This document shows positions 50,235-62,422 of a DNA stretch of 64,000 nt, in pieces. Below the pieces are notes generated by a model. It did no database searches, had not been told where the DNA came from, and saw nothing but the letters and a program-made list of their open reading frames with translations. Position 1 is the stretch's first letter; each line of letters starts with the position of its first letter. The stretch is from Heptranchias perlo (taxonomy: Eukaryota). Location of the stretch: positions 41,850,001-41,914,000 of the forward strand of contig NC_090345.1 in assembly GCF_035084215.1 (NCBI RefSeq). Reading direction: 5' to 3'. The translations under genes were made by a program, and so were the position numbers.

Positions 50235-51896
50235 CCCTACTCAAAACCGTATGATCTCCTGCGAGATTTGTAAAACATAAAAACCCAGGCCAATTTGGGG
50301 GAAAAATCTGGCAAATTCCTCTCCAACTCCCCATGGCGATCAAAACTAGTCCAGATCATCACTCTGGCCTTGATAATTCTATGCATTACATTACCTACTT
50401 TTTGTAAGAGTTGACCTCCGCCCCAGCCAGAAACAGGTCCAACTCTCGACTGAAGGAATTCAGCGAATCGGCATCCACCGAATGAGCTGGAAGCCCGTTC
50501 CAAAGGACAACTATTCTCTAGGAAAAGAACCACCTCCTGACATCTAACCTCGATCTGATCTTGTACAACTTAAAATTGTGACCCTTGGTCCTCCTGAACC
50601 TATTTAATTGGAACAAACTGTCAACTTGAAAACAATATATTCCTTTCATCATCTTATAAATCTCAATCTGATCACCCCTAAGTCTACACTTCTCTAAAGT
50701 GTAGAGTCCCAGCTCTTTTAGCCTATCTTGATAACTAAGATGCTTTAAGCTGGGAATTAGTCTAGTGATCCTCCTCTGCACCCTTTCCAAAGCCTCAATA
50801 TCACCCACCATGTGAGGAGACCAAAACTGGACACAGTATTCCAACTGAGGCCTGACCAAGGTCTTGTACAAGGACAAAATAATATGTTTTATTTTATAGT
50901 CAATTGTCCTATAAATGCACCCCAATACCCTATTTGCTCTAGCTATCACTTCACGACATTGTTCATGAACCCTGAGAAACCTATGCACTAGAACAACCAG
51001 ATCTCTTTCTTTCTCCATCTGCTTGAATGCTTTTCCCTGAAGGGTGTATGTATGTTCAGCATTTGCTCTGCCCACATGCATAACACTGCACTTTTCCAAA
51101 TTAAACATAATTTGCCAGTCACGAGCCCAGTCCCCCAACACACCAAGATCCGCCTGAAGCAGTCGAGCATCGTCTACGGTCCTAACACCCGCATGGATCT
51201 TGGTATCATCTGAAAATTTGCAGATCATACCCCCAACGCCTACATCTAGATCATTAATAAAAATAGTAAAGAGCAATAGTCTCAATATCGATCCTTGCAG
51301 GTCGCCACTGGTGACCGGTCTCGAAACAAATCCAAATCCATTTATAACTACTTTCTGCCTATGTCCTTGCAGCCAGTTCTCAATCCAGCTCAATATATTA
51401 TCACTAATACCAGAAGCTTTGATCTTGTAGCGAAGCCTCTTGTGCAGTACCTTGTCAAAAGCTTTTTGGAAGTCTAAGTAGACAGTGTCTACTGAGCTTC
51501 CCTCATCCACTACCTTGGTGACTTCTTCAAAAAATCTAATCAAATTTATTAAGACATGACCTTTTTTTGAAGCCATGTTGGGTGTCCCTAATATGTCCCT
51601 CTCTATCCAAATAATCATATATTGCAACCCTAATGATTCCCTTAAACATCTTTCCTATTACTGATGTCAAAGTAATGGGCCTATAGTACCCGGGTCCGTC
51701 TTGTCTCCTTTTTTAAAGGTGGGGACTATATTAGCCTCCTTCCAGTCTACGGGAGCTGTTGCAGAGTGCAGTGAGCTATTAAAAATATGAGCAAGGGGCT
51801 CACACAGCACGTGTCCCATCTCCTTGTGGACTCTCAGGTGGATATCATCCAGCATGGCTGCTCTATTTTCAGATTCTTAATTCTATCTAAAACAAT
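50235..51896 (-). mobile_element. CR1 LINE, 3' part (split by the Harbinger at 51897-59632)
   Basis: ORF 50518..51627: [37 protein letters not shown]. Confidence 0.92.
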
Positions 51897-52218
51897 GGGC
51901 TGGACTTTGCTCTGAGCAGCGAACGAACGGCAGTAGCCGTTCGGTAGACTTGTGCTTGCCCATAGACTTTCCATGAGCATTTGCACGGCAAGTTTTGCAT
52001 CGGGGGTGCAATACAGCGTGGCGCCCTCGACAGGGCATCTGGGCAGCATTGGAGTCATGCAAGAAAAGTCTGGTCACATGGGACAATAAACAGTGAAGAG
52101 AGGACATGCCCACCAATTCAGCCAGGAGTCTTACAGGGGTGAGTAGTCTTCAATATCCTCAAAAATATAAAAAGTTAGTTTAATTGTAAATGAACATTTA
52201 AAAACTTTTAATATAAAG

Positions 52219-52314
52219 GCAAAGTAAAATGAACAGTTTTTTAAAAAGCAGAGCAAAGTAAAATGAACAGTTTGTAAAAGGCAGAGCAAAATAATGAACT
52301 GTTTTTAAAAAGCC
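52219..52314 (+). repeat. About 34-bp tandem repeat, three copies, upstream of the Myb ATG
   Basis: gcaaagtaaaatgaacagttttttaaaaagcaga units starting at 52219, 52253 and 52286. Confidence 0.8.
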
Positions 52315-52994
52315 ATTGAAAGTTAATACAGCATGCACTTACTCACAGAAAAAAGATGGCAGAGCAAAAGATTGATGAGAAGAAGAGGTCTTGCAACTTT
52401 GGTGATGAAGACCTCTGCACACTCTTCAATGAGGTGGAAGTGAGGCATCAGCAGTTTTTGGGGAACGAGAAGTGTCGGGCGCCACGGAAAGTCAGCATGT
52501 TGGCATGGAAGGAGGTGGCACAGGTTCTGAGCGCTAACTGCAACGAGCCACGTACAGCGGAACAGTGCTGCAAAACATTTAATGACTTAACACGATCCGC
52601 TTTAAGAAATTTAAAAATTAAGGTTTTATTAAACATCCTTACTGTTACTGATGCAATGAACAGTGAAGAGCTTGTTTATGGGTGGTCAAGGTTCAATCAA
52701 ATGTCAACTAGTCGTAAAACTCAGTTGCCATTGGAGATGGGCTTGTAGTAGCTCATTTTGACTCGTTTTTTGTGTATTGAGTGCACTTTCACACACACAC
52801 TGTAGTTGGTCACGTGACGATGCTGGGCCAATCGGCATTGGTACTACCTATTGTGGCCAGGTAGGGGAAACCCCAGATATTTCTTTGTGTTCTCAGGTAG
52901 CTGGACTCTAAGCAGAAGGCACATTTCTGTAGCTACTCGACATTTTTGTACACATATGGTTTTGTTATGTACTTCAACAATTTATTAGCCTCCT

Positions 52995-53070
52995 CAAGGG
53001 CAATTAGGGATGGGCAATAAATGCCGGCCTCGCCAGCGACGCCCACATCCCATGAACGAACAAAAAAAAA
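52995..53070 (+). mobile_element. LINE-X tail-only copy
   Basis: ctcaagggcaattagggatgggcaataaatgccggcctcgccagcgacgcccacatcccatgaacgaacaaaaaaaaa. Confidence 0.88.
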
Positions 53071-54703
53071 TCTCTGCCTCCTCCCGATATCCCCACCATC
53101 ACAGAAGCTAGTCTTCAGCCAATTCGATTCACTCCACGTGATATCAAGAAACGGCTGAGTGCACTGGATACAGCAAAGGCTATGGGCCCCGACAACATCC
53201 CAGCTGTAGTGCTGAAGACTTGTGCTCCAGAACTAGCTGCGCCTCTAGCCAAACTGTTCCAGTACAGCTACAACACTGGCATCTACCCGACAATGTGGAA
53301 AATTGCCCAGGTATGTCCTGTCCATAAAAATCAGGACAAATCCAATCAGGCCAATTACTGTCTCATCAGTCTACTCTCAATCATCAGCAAAGTGATGGAA
53401 GGTGTCGTCGACAGTGCTATCAAGCAGCACTTACTCACCAATAACCTGCTCACCGATGCTCAGTTTGGGTTCGGCTCCAGACCTCATGGACAAACATGGA
53501 CAAAAGAGCGGAATTCCAGAGGTGAGGTGAGAGTGACTGCCCTTGACATCAAGGCAGCATTTGACCGAATGTGACACCAAGGAGTCCAAGTAAAATTGAA
53601 GTCAATGGGAATCAGGGGGAAATCTCTCCAGTGGCTAGAGTCATACCTAGCACAAAGGAAGATGGTAGTGGTTGTTGGAGGCCAATCATCTCAGCCCCAG
53701 GACATTGCTGCAGGAGTTCTTGAGGGCAGTGTCCTAGGCCCAACCATCTTCAGCTGCTTCATCAATGACCTTCCCTCAACAGGTCAGAAATGGGGATGTT
53801 CGCTGATGATTGCACAGTATTCAGTTCCATTCGCAACCCCTCAGATAATGAAGCAGTTCGAGCCCGCATGCAGCAAGACCTGGACAACATCCAGGCTTGG
53901 ACTGATAAGTGGCAAGTAACATTCGCGCCACACAAGTGCCAGGCAATGACCATCTCCAACAAGAGAGGGTCTAACCACCTCCCCTTGACATTCAACGGCA
54001 TTACAATCGTCGAATCCCCCACCATCAACATCCCGGGGGTCACCAGTGACCAGAAACTTAACTGGACCAGCCACATAAATACTGTGGCTACAAGAGCAGG
54101 TCAGAGGCTGGGTATTCTGCAGCGAGAGACTCACCTCCTGACTCCCCAAAGCCTTTCCACCATCTACATGGCACAGGTCAGGAGTGTGATGGAATACTCT
54201 CCACTTGCCTGGATGAGTGCAGCTCCAACAACACTCAAGAAGCTCGACACCATCCAGGACAAAGCAGCCTGTTTGATTGGCACCCCATCCACCACCCTAA
54301 ACATTCACTCCCTTCACCACTGGCGCACAGTGGCTGCAGTGTGTGCCATCCACAGGATGCACTGCAGCAACTCGCCAAGGCTTCTTCGACAGCACCTCCC
54401 AAACCCGAGACATCTACCATCTAGAAGGACAAGGGCAGCAGGCACATGGGAACAACACCACCAGCACGTTCCCCTCCAAGTCACACACCATCCTGACTTG
54501 GAAATATATCACCATTCCTTCATCGTCGCTGGGTCAAAATCCTGGAACTCCCTACCTACCAGCACTGTGGGAGAACCTTCACCACACGGACTGCAGCAGT
54601 TCAAGAAGGCGGCCCACCACCATCTTCTCAAAGGCAATTAGGGATGGGCAATAAATGCTGGCCTTGCCAGCGACACCCACATTCCATGAACGAATAAAAA
54701 AAA
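53071..54703 (+). mobile_element. LINE-X 5'-truncated copy within Harbinger intron 1
   Basis: ORFs 53182..53574, 53596..53919 and 53790..54641; poly(A) tail. Confidence 0.93.
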
Positions 54704-54951
54704 TGTATTGTTTACGACATCACCTTCATTTAAAGCTCTCCAATGAAACTTTTATTTGAGTGAGTGATTATTTACATTAGTTAAGTTCCTATTTGCTCCT
54801 CGGGCCTCACTAAGTGCTTTTAAAGATCTTTTATCTGCATTCCAGAGATTTAAGGTGTGAAATTGCAATTAGTGAATTAGGCCTTGTCTCCAAACCACTC
54901 AACTTGAACAAGCACAAACTAATTTTTATTTTCATGTCTGTGTAGAGTAAC

Positions 54952-55455
54952 ATGGATTATAATGACCGCGAGTGGTCGATGGTTTATAATGACCATGAGC
55001 GGCCGATGGTTTATAATGACCATGAGCGGCCAATGGTTTATAATGATCGTGAGCGGCCAATGGTTTATAATGATCGTGAGCGGTCGATGGTTTATAATTT
55101 ATGATTGTGAGCGGTCGATGGTTTGTAATAATTGTGACCTGTCGATGGTTGAGCGGTCGATGGTTTATAATGATCGTGAGCGGTCGATGGTTTGTAATGA
55201 TTGTGAGCGGTCAATATTTTTAATGATTGTGAGCAGTCGATGTTTTGTAATGATTGTGAGCAGTCGATGGTTTGTAATGTTTGTGAGCGGTCGATGGTTT
55301 GGAATGATTGTGAGCGGTCGATGGTTTGTAATGTTTGTGAGCGGTCGATGGTTTGGAATGATTGTGAGCGGTCGATGGTTTGGAATGATTGTGAGCGGTC
55401 GATGGTTTGTAATGACCGTGAGCGGTCGATGGTTTGTAATGACCGTGAGCGGTCG
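54952..55455 (+). repeat. 27-bp minisatellite, 19 units (one partial)
   Basis: Consensus atggtttrtaatgaycgtgagcggtcg (MVYNDRERS); units counted manually. Confidence 0.95.
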
Positions 55456-56957
55456 AGGACCGGTGGCGGTGTAGCCTTTACGAAGGAGGTGAGCGAACAT
55501 GAAGAAAGGGACAATCAGCTGCAGAGCAACAATATCAGTTCAGTGCCTGATGCCCAATCAGACATTGGAGTGAGGGAAGGTGAGTGTCACATTCTTGCTT
55601 TGGCCAGCTGCATGTTCAAAACCTGTTTATTGGCTGCAGATTGGGGAAAGGAGATTAGCGTATGATGATTCTCGTGCAGAATATGAGCTTCTGTAATGTG
55701 GCAGATGAACAAGCTTCACCATTGTAACTTTTTTTGTTCTTCTTTCCCATTGGTGCACAGCTGTCTGAGGACCACGGTCTGCGGAGTACAGTGAGTCGGG
55801 GGCCGCAGAGGGTGGTGATGCGATATGTTAGTGGGAGGAGGAGGAAGAATGGGGGGGGGGGGCATCTAGAGGAAGAGGAGAGTGCACTCCCTAGGGGGGA
55901 GGGCAGGTGGAGTGGCGTTGTTACCCCTGTCCCCACATGGCACCTTCAGGGTGCTGATGTGGGGGGGGACGCTTGACTGTGACGTGCCCCACTTCACCCC
56001 CTCTCCAACTCCTAGCCCCTCTGGCTCTGTGCGAGACACAGGCAACTCCCCTCTCACAGGCAGCCGCCAAGCTGCTGCCGCGGGGCCTGAGGGAGGAAAC
56101 GTGATTGATGAGTCCAAACTGTCGGGGTGAGGGACCTTTAGGAGATGGGGGAGATGCGTCCCAGTCCCCTGTAAGACAGTGTACACGTCAGCCCCATGTT
56201 TATGACGACTGGGGAGAGGACTTCATTAATCGACAAGTGAGGTGAACGATGGTTGCTGAACATGACAAGTTCCTTGACTCTTTCGCCTCCATGATACAGA
56301 AGATCAAGGACGTTGGCCAGAACATTTGTGACTAGCTGGTCCATATTGGGCAAAATGTAGGTCATCTTTGCCTGATTATTTTACATGTAGCTGAGGTGAA
56401 TGTTGCGAATATGGCTGTGCTGAACCTGACAACCATGACACCCCCCACAGCTGCCTCCCACTGCAGACACTGTCCAGGCCCAAAAGCCACAGCTCGGCCT
56501 CCACCAGACGCTACTTCTCCCAATGTCCAATTGAAGCAGCAGCAGCCCAGCTCAGAGCTCCCTGATTACAACCAACAAACAAGTCACAGAGGTTGTGCCC
56601 TTGGCACAAGAGGGGTCGGCTTACGAGGAGAGGTGAGGACCAGGAGGAAATAGGGTGCCCATCTCATGCAGGATACACCTCCTCTTGCTCAGACTTTGTC
56701 ACGGCGACCCTCTGGCACGCCTGTGACGGGGCAAGTCTGTTAATTTTTTTGCTGTTTGTTCTTATTCAATTGCTGGTATTTTGTTACTTAATGATTCTCT
56801 TATGATTGTTTGTATTGTAATTTTTGTTGTTGCTGTTGTTGTTGTCCTTAAATTTTAGACAGAAGTCATTTGTAACTGTTTGAAAAATTTTATTAATATC
56901 AACCATTAATATCAACATTGCAACTGTTTCCAAAGTAGAAAATGACTAAATCACCTC

Positions 56958-57938
56958 AATTGCTGCAGGAGTTCCTGAGGGCAGTGTCCTAGGCCGAACC
57001 ATCTTCAGCTGCTTCATCAATGACTTTCCGTCCATCATAAGGTCAGAAATGGGGATGTTCGCTGATGATTGCACAGTGTTCAGTTCCATTCGCAACCCCT
57101 CAGATAATGAAGCAGTCCGTGCCCACATGCAGCAAGACCTGGACAACTTCCAGGCTTGGGCTGATAAGTGGCAAGTAACATTCGCACCGGACAAGTGCCA
57201 GGCAATGACCATCTCCAACAAGAGAGAGTCTAACCACCTCCCATTGACATTCAACAGCATTACATCCTGGGGGTCACCATTGACCAGAAACTTAACTGGA
57301 CCGGCCACATAAATACAGTGGCTACAAGAGCGGGTAAGAGGCTGGGTAATCTGTGGCGAGTGACTCATCTCCTGACTCCCCAAAGCCTTTCCACCATCCA
57401 TAAGGCACAAGTCAGGAGTGTGATGGAATACTCTCCACTTGCCTGGATGAGTGCAGCTCCAACAACACTCAAGAAGCTCGACATCATCCAGGACTAAGCA
57501 GCCCACTTGATTGGCACCCCATCCACCACCCTAAACATTCACTCTCTTCACCACCGGCGCACCGTGGCTGCAGTGTGTACCATCCACAGGATGCACTGCA
57601 GCAACTCGCCAAGGCTTCTTCAACAACACCTCCCAAACCCGTGACCTCTACCACCTAGAAGGACAAGGGCAGCAGGCACATGGGAACAACACCACCTGCA
57701 TGTTCCCCTCCAAGTCACACACCATCCCGACTTGGAAATATATCGCCGTTCCTTCATCATCGCGGGGCCAAAATCCTGGAACTCCCTACCTACCAGCACT
57801 GTGGGAGAACCTTCACCACACGGACTGCAGCGGTTCAAGAAGGCGGCTCATCACCACCTTCTCAAGGGCAATTAGGGATGTGCAATAAATGCTGGCCTTG
57901 CCAGCGACGCCCACATCCCATGAACGAATTTTAAAAAA
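56958..57938 (+). mobile_element. LINE-X 5'-truncated copy between the Harbinger genes
   Basis: GVPEGSVLG, MFADDCTVF...; 3' UTR ending gaacgaattttaaaaaa. Confidence 0.92.
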
Positions 57939-58051
57939 TTATTTACGTTTTGCACTAAGCACTTCAGTATCTAATTAAAGCTTTGCAATAACTACCTGTT
58001 TCTTAAAAGTTTTGCACTAAGTATTTACTGCTGCAATAAAAAGTTCACTGT

Positions 58052-59144
58052 TTAACTTCCAATCTTGCCTGTCATTTTGTGTGCCTTCCTGGGGAGGGGA
58101 CGCATTTTGCCACTTTCATCACTGTCCAAATGCATGAGCCACCAGTTGCTCTCTCCCCTCCCCCATGCTCTCTGCCACCGTGGCTTCCTCAAGGGGGCCA
58201 TGAACCATCTGGGTTGGGATCCTCCATCACAGTCCATTTCGACCGGCATCTCGTCTGCCTGGTCAAGGGTCAGTCCTTCCCACAGGGTGAAGCCGTACAA
58301 TGCGCAGCAGATCACCACAATCCTCACCACTTTGACAGGTGAGTACTGAAAAGCTCCCCCTGACCTGTCCAGGCACTGGAAGCATGATTTCAGCACCCCT
58401 ATTGTCCTCTCCACTACTTGCTGCGCACCAGTGAAGGAATCATGTAAGTGAGTGTCGAAGGATGAAGGCATCATGAGCACTTCCCCGGTGATCTACATTC
58501 ACACTCATGATCTGCATTTCGGCAGCGCATAGGATCATCACATTTAACGAATTAAACCCCTTCCTGTTGATTTATGTGACAGGTGCATCATTGGGTGCCT
58601 TCAATGGCACATGGACTCCGTCGACATCCCCCTGCACATTGGGGAAGCCGGTGATCCTGTGAAATGCGATAGACCTCTCCCTTTGCTGTGCTGGCGACAT
58701 GCCGAGGTTGATGAACTCGGAAGCCCAGCGGAATATGGCATCTGTGAGCTGCTGAATGCAGATTCTCGCAGCACACTAGACGATGTTGCACATGTCACCG
58801 GTACGTGACTGAAATGACCCACATGCATAAAATTTGAGGGCTGTAGTTACCTTCATGGCCACAGACAAGGCCCTGTGGGATTTAAAACATGACTGAAGAT
58901 CCTCTTTTAACATTTGGCAGTGGTGGCTGATTGCCTCCTTACTAAAACGTAGACTCCTCACACACAGCTCTTCCGATATCAGCTCGAAAGACAGCCTCTT
59001 CCTGTGCACTCTCTGGGGTCGGTAATAGTTCCTCCTGATGAATCTACGGGCTTGGCGCCTGACTCTTCTTTGTTGTTCCCTGCATCGGCCTTCCATGCTG
59101 TACATTACATAAATAAACAGTGGGATCCTGAGTGGAAAAGGCAT
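58052..59144 (-). pseudogene. Harbinger DDE transposase (HARBI1-like)
   Basis: LSVAMKVTTALKFYACGSFQSRTGDMCNI; FPNVQGDVDGVHV; NRKGFNSLNV; GSAHDAFIL; VVERTIGVLKSCFQCLDRSGGAFQYSP; stops, frameshifts and deletion of the middle catalytic-D segment. Confidence 0.88.
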
Positions 59145-59632
59145 TTTTTTCCCTGTTTTTTTTCCACATCTTTAAAGCACTTCCAGGACTCTTGATGGCA
59201 CATAAATTTGAAAAAAATGTGAAAAAGTCTGACACCCAGCTCTCTCAGTCTTTTTGTACAAGTCTCTGACAGCTAAAAAGCCCCCTCCGGCTGAATCCTG
59301 GCTTTATTAAATATGCGCGAACTTTAAATGGCAGCAAGACAGACTCCTCGGATCAGTTCAGACAAGACCTAACTTTTTCTGGCGAGTTTAGTCCGTATCT
59401 ACGACGTCAGTGCAGGAACTTCACACTGTTCAATTCATTTGAACGGGGAGCCAGACGGCAAGATGCTGTTTTTGCGCAGCTTACGGAGGGGCGATGCATC
59501 TCAGACAACAACTCCCCCATTTCCGCATTTAACTGCGCATGTGCGCTCGCCGGGAAACTGTTGTCCGATTTGCACATTAATAATGGTGAGCGCTGTTAGC
59601 CTCACTGTTATCCTCACAGCAAAATCCGGCTC

Positions 59633-60035
59633 AGTATGTTCATCTATGTTAATATTACTAGTTTTATTATTAACATCATCATTAAATTCTAACAATCGAG
59701 CATTGTCTTCAAGAGTGAAGACCGATGCAAAGCACTCATTTAAAATTTTCGCCATACCCCATGAGTCCTTCGTAACCTGCCCTTGAGCATCCTTCAATGG
59801 CCCAGTACAATCTTTGACAGTTCTCTGACTCTCCACGTAACTGAAAAATCTTTTCCCATTACTTCCACAATTGTCTACAATCCTCTTTTCCATTATCCTT
59901 TTAGCTGATCTAATAGCAGTTTTCTTTAGCTGTTCCTTGTATTTAACTCTGCTTTGTTGAGTATTAGACGCCTTTAGTTTGTACAAACATTTTTGTTTAC
60001 ATCTATTTGTATTTGTACATGAACAGTCAGCCACC
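59633..60035 (-). mobile_element. CR1 LINE, 5' part (continuation of 50235-51896)
   Basis: NGKRFFSYV...TGPLKD...MAKILNECFASVFTLED. Confidence 0.88.
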
Positions 60036-60539
60036 GTGGCTTTTTCTCACCACACTCCTCTTAAACCTCCCCCATCGAGACACTATTCCAACACCCCCCC
60101 CTCCCCCGCTGCCCTGATCCACTTCCGAACCCTCTCACTGAGACATTTTCCCTAGTCCCTCATGCAGACGAGTTCCCCCACTGAGATATTTTTCCAACTC
60201 AAACACACATCCAACCCCCTCTCCACTGAGACACACTGACCCCCTCAAGTCACTTATTAACCTCCACTCCAATTGATATAAATCATATGGATACAATTAA
60301 CAGTTTTGATCATGATACCGGAGGTAAGGGACAGGAGGGCAGTACGCAATGGACCTGAAGGGGACTCTCCTCAGAAGTCCGGATACAACAGCCTCGGAAA
60401 CAAATAGCAGATAGGTAAATGCTGTCTCTAGAAGCTAGCGGACCTGGTGCGATGTGAGGAAGAAGATGGCTGACCTCAGGAAAGTCACTAAGGTAAGGTT
60501 AAAGTACAGTTCAGAATGCCAAGTACCTGTCTCAAATCA

Positions 60540-61060
60540 GAATTTCTTTCTGTTCATGTAGGCCAATACATTATGCGTAGGGGCTTCGATGGTCATCAAT
60601 CACTCCCTGTACTTTAGGAAAGCCAACAATCCAGTGGAATTGAGCAGCTGTTGCTGATCAGTGGAAAAGGCGATATAGCTGTTGACCCTCCTGAATAAAG
60701 CATCAGAAACTTTTTTGATGCATCTACAGATAGCACATTGGCTGATACTGTCATGAGTTAGCTTGGAAGGAGGTGGAGACACAAAAATTGAGAGTCATTG
60801 GTCACCTCGACGGCCATTGGGAATGCTGGGCTTATGTATAAGGTTGAAGTAAATGACACAGCATTATAACTGTTAAGCCTTAGTGTCAGAAGTTAATGCT
60901 CCTCAGTTATTGCCGTCTAAGCCTGAGTCTCTACATACAGGGACAAAGCAACAGTTCTGGACAGAGATGTCTGGTGGCACTTTTGGTGCCACCTGATATC
61001 TCTGATCCTGCTTATCCTCCTCTGCTGAGTCATGTGCCAGGGAGCACTGGAATCAATTCC
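60540..61060 (-). pseudogene. Harbinger transposase remnant
   Basis: SISQCAICRCIKKVSDALFRRVNSYIAF; GFPKVQGVID; YMNRK. Confidence 0.7.
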
Positions 61061-62422
61061 TATTGTAGTGAACGCTCTGTCAACAGAAACTCAGTGATAC
61101 AGCAGCTCCCTTCAAAATCCTGACAAGGGAGAACCTGGCTGAGCTGCAACACCGAATTCATATGGGCAGTAGATATGTATTGTTCATGTGATGATGAAGA
61201 CTAATTTGGTGCACTAGCCCCCTTAATTAGTAATGATACTGGCAGCAACTACCACAATGAGGCTAATGCATTGCTTAAGCTCAGTGGCACACAACACCTT
61301 CAGCATCTCTACAGCTATATTGTGTAGCAAGTAAGTGCACATTTCCCCTCTATGTAAAGGTTTGAACTGATAGTGATTTGTAGGCGTAAATCTCTACTAC
61401 ATGTATGTTCCCTAATATTTCATAATACAGTACTGTACTATGATCAAGGTCTTACTGATGGCAATGTTAAGCTAAGACAGAATGATGGATTAGGGCTGAA
61501 AAAGAGGAAGAAAGAAAAGGAGTGAAGGTTGAAGATGAAATAAAGAGTGAAACAGTGTTGGCCAGAATTTTTAAGAGAAAAGAGAGGGCTGAATAAGTGG
61601 GTAGATGAAAGTGCAAATTATTTTTAAAAAACTAATTGAACAAGTTTTGCCATATTAAAACAAGACCACTGCAACTTATTGTATCAACTGGTTGCAGATC
61701 TAATTGATCAGAAGACTATTACTTACAAGATCAATTGATGTGAAAGGCAAATATCACAGTAGTCAACTGTTGTAGCCAGCGTTGTGCTGGGGCAAGCTGT
61801 CTTGATCCAATTGGATTTTGCGCAATGAAGCAAAGTTGTAATATAATCATTTAACTTTCATCAGACATTCCAGAATAGGCACAAACTTTTGTCTTTCTGC
61901 TATATTTCTAGGTGTTGGTGAACATCAGAATGAAAATATTATAAGTCATAAATGTTTAGAAAAATAACAGCTAGTTGACAGCCCTTACACTTGCAGTCCT
62001 GTCATTTTTCTAGATTTAATTGCTGAGGGCTTCAAATCATACCTTGATCATTGCCAAAATATGTCAAATAACAGGAAGGACATCACTGAATTTTATCTGG
62101 AACTCACAAACCTATTATTCAGGAAAGTACTTAGCAGTCTGATAGCCTTCAGGCCCCAGAGCTATTGCCTTATACAGTCATAATATAACTTCAAATGCCA
62201 AGCACAGCAATTCAAGTGTCAGTTTAGGGCACTGCTTAAGCTGGAATCTTAGTTCGCTCTGAATCAGTTTTTAAGAATATTGCACCACATGCAAGTAGTA
62301 TCTCTGGTATACAGATGGCCTTGCCTTTGATTGGAGGAGACATTGTTCATACCTCAAGTAAATAGCAAACGCTTTGATTAAATGAGGAGTCTGTTGGGAA
62401 GGAATTTTGTATTGGAGGCTTA

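Larger units (their letters stand above)
52356..56130 (+). pseudogene. Harbinger Myb/SANT-like gene; exon 1 52356 to about 52602, exon 2 54946-55579, exon 3 from 55761
   Basis: RSCNFGDEDLCTLFNEV...AWKEVAQVLSA...RTAEQCCKTFNDLTRSA; acceptor tgtag at 54945; NDRERSRTGGG; donor gtgagt at 55580; acceptor cacag at 55760; first donor not intact; 3' extent approximate. Confidence 0.75.
51897..59632. mobile_element. Full-length PIF/Harbinger DNA transposon (inactive)
   Basis: TIR gggctggactttgctctgag vs the reverse complement of the right end gagccggattttgctgtgag (16/20); 3-bp TSD aat/agt; removing it rejoins the CR1 reading NIDEH(I)VLDRIKNLK; convergent Myb(+) and transposase(-) genes. Confidence 0.88.

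Noticed and set aside
54952-55455. CRISPR-like array
   Set aside because: Units are contiguous with no unique spacers, no cas genes are present, the context is eukaryotic, and the unit derives from a transposon exon
54962-55514. Repetitive ORFs (MIVSGRWFV, QTIDRSQSL, NHRPLTII) as novel proteins
   Set aside because: Alternative frames of the 27-bp repeat; only the MVYNDRERS frame fits the flanking gene
58052-59144. Domesticated host HARBI1 or MSANTD/NAIF1 genes
   Set aside because: Stops, frameshifts and deletions, and location within TIR-bounded elements, indicate dead transposons
62014-62183. Terminal-exon candidate (LIAEGFKSYLDHCQ...)
   Set aside because: No recognisable protein family and no upstream exon support
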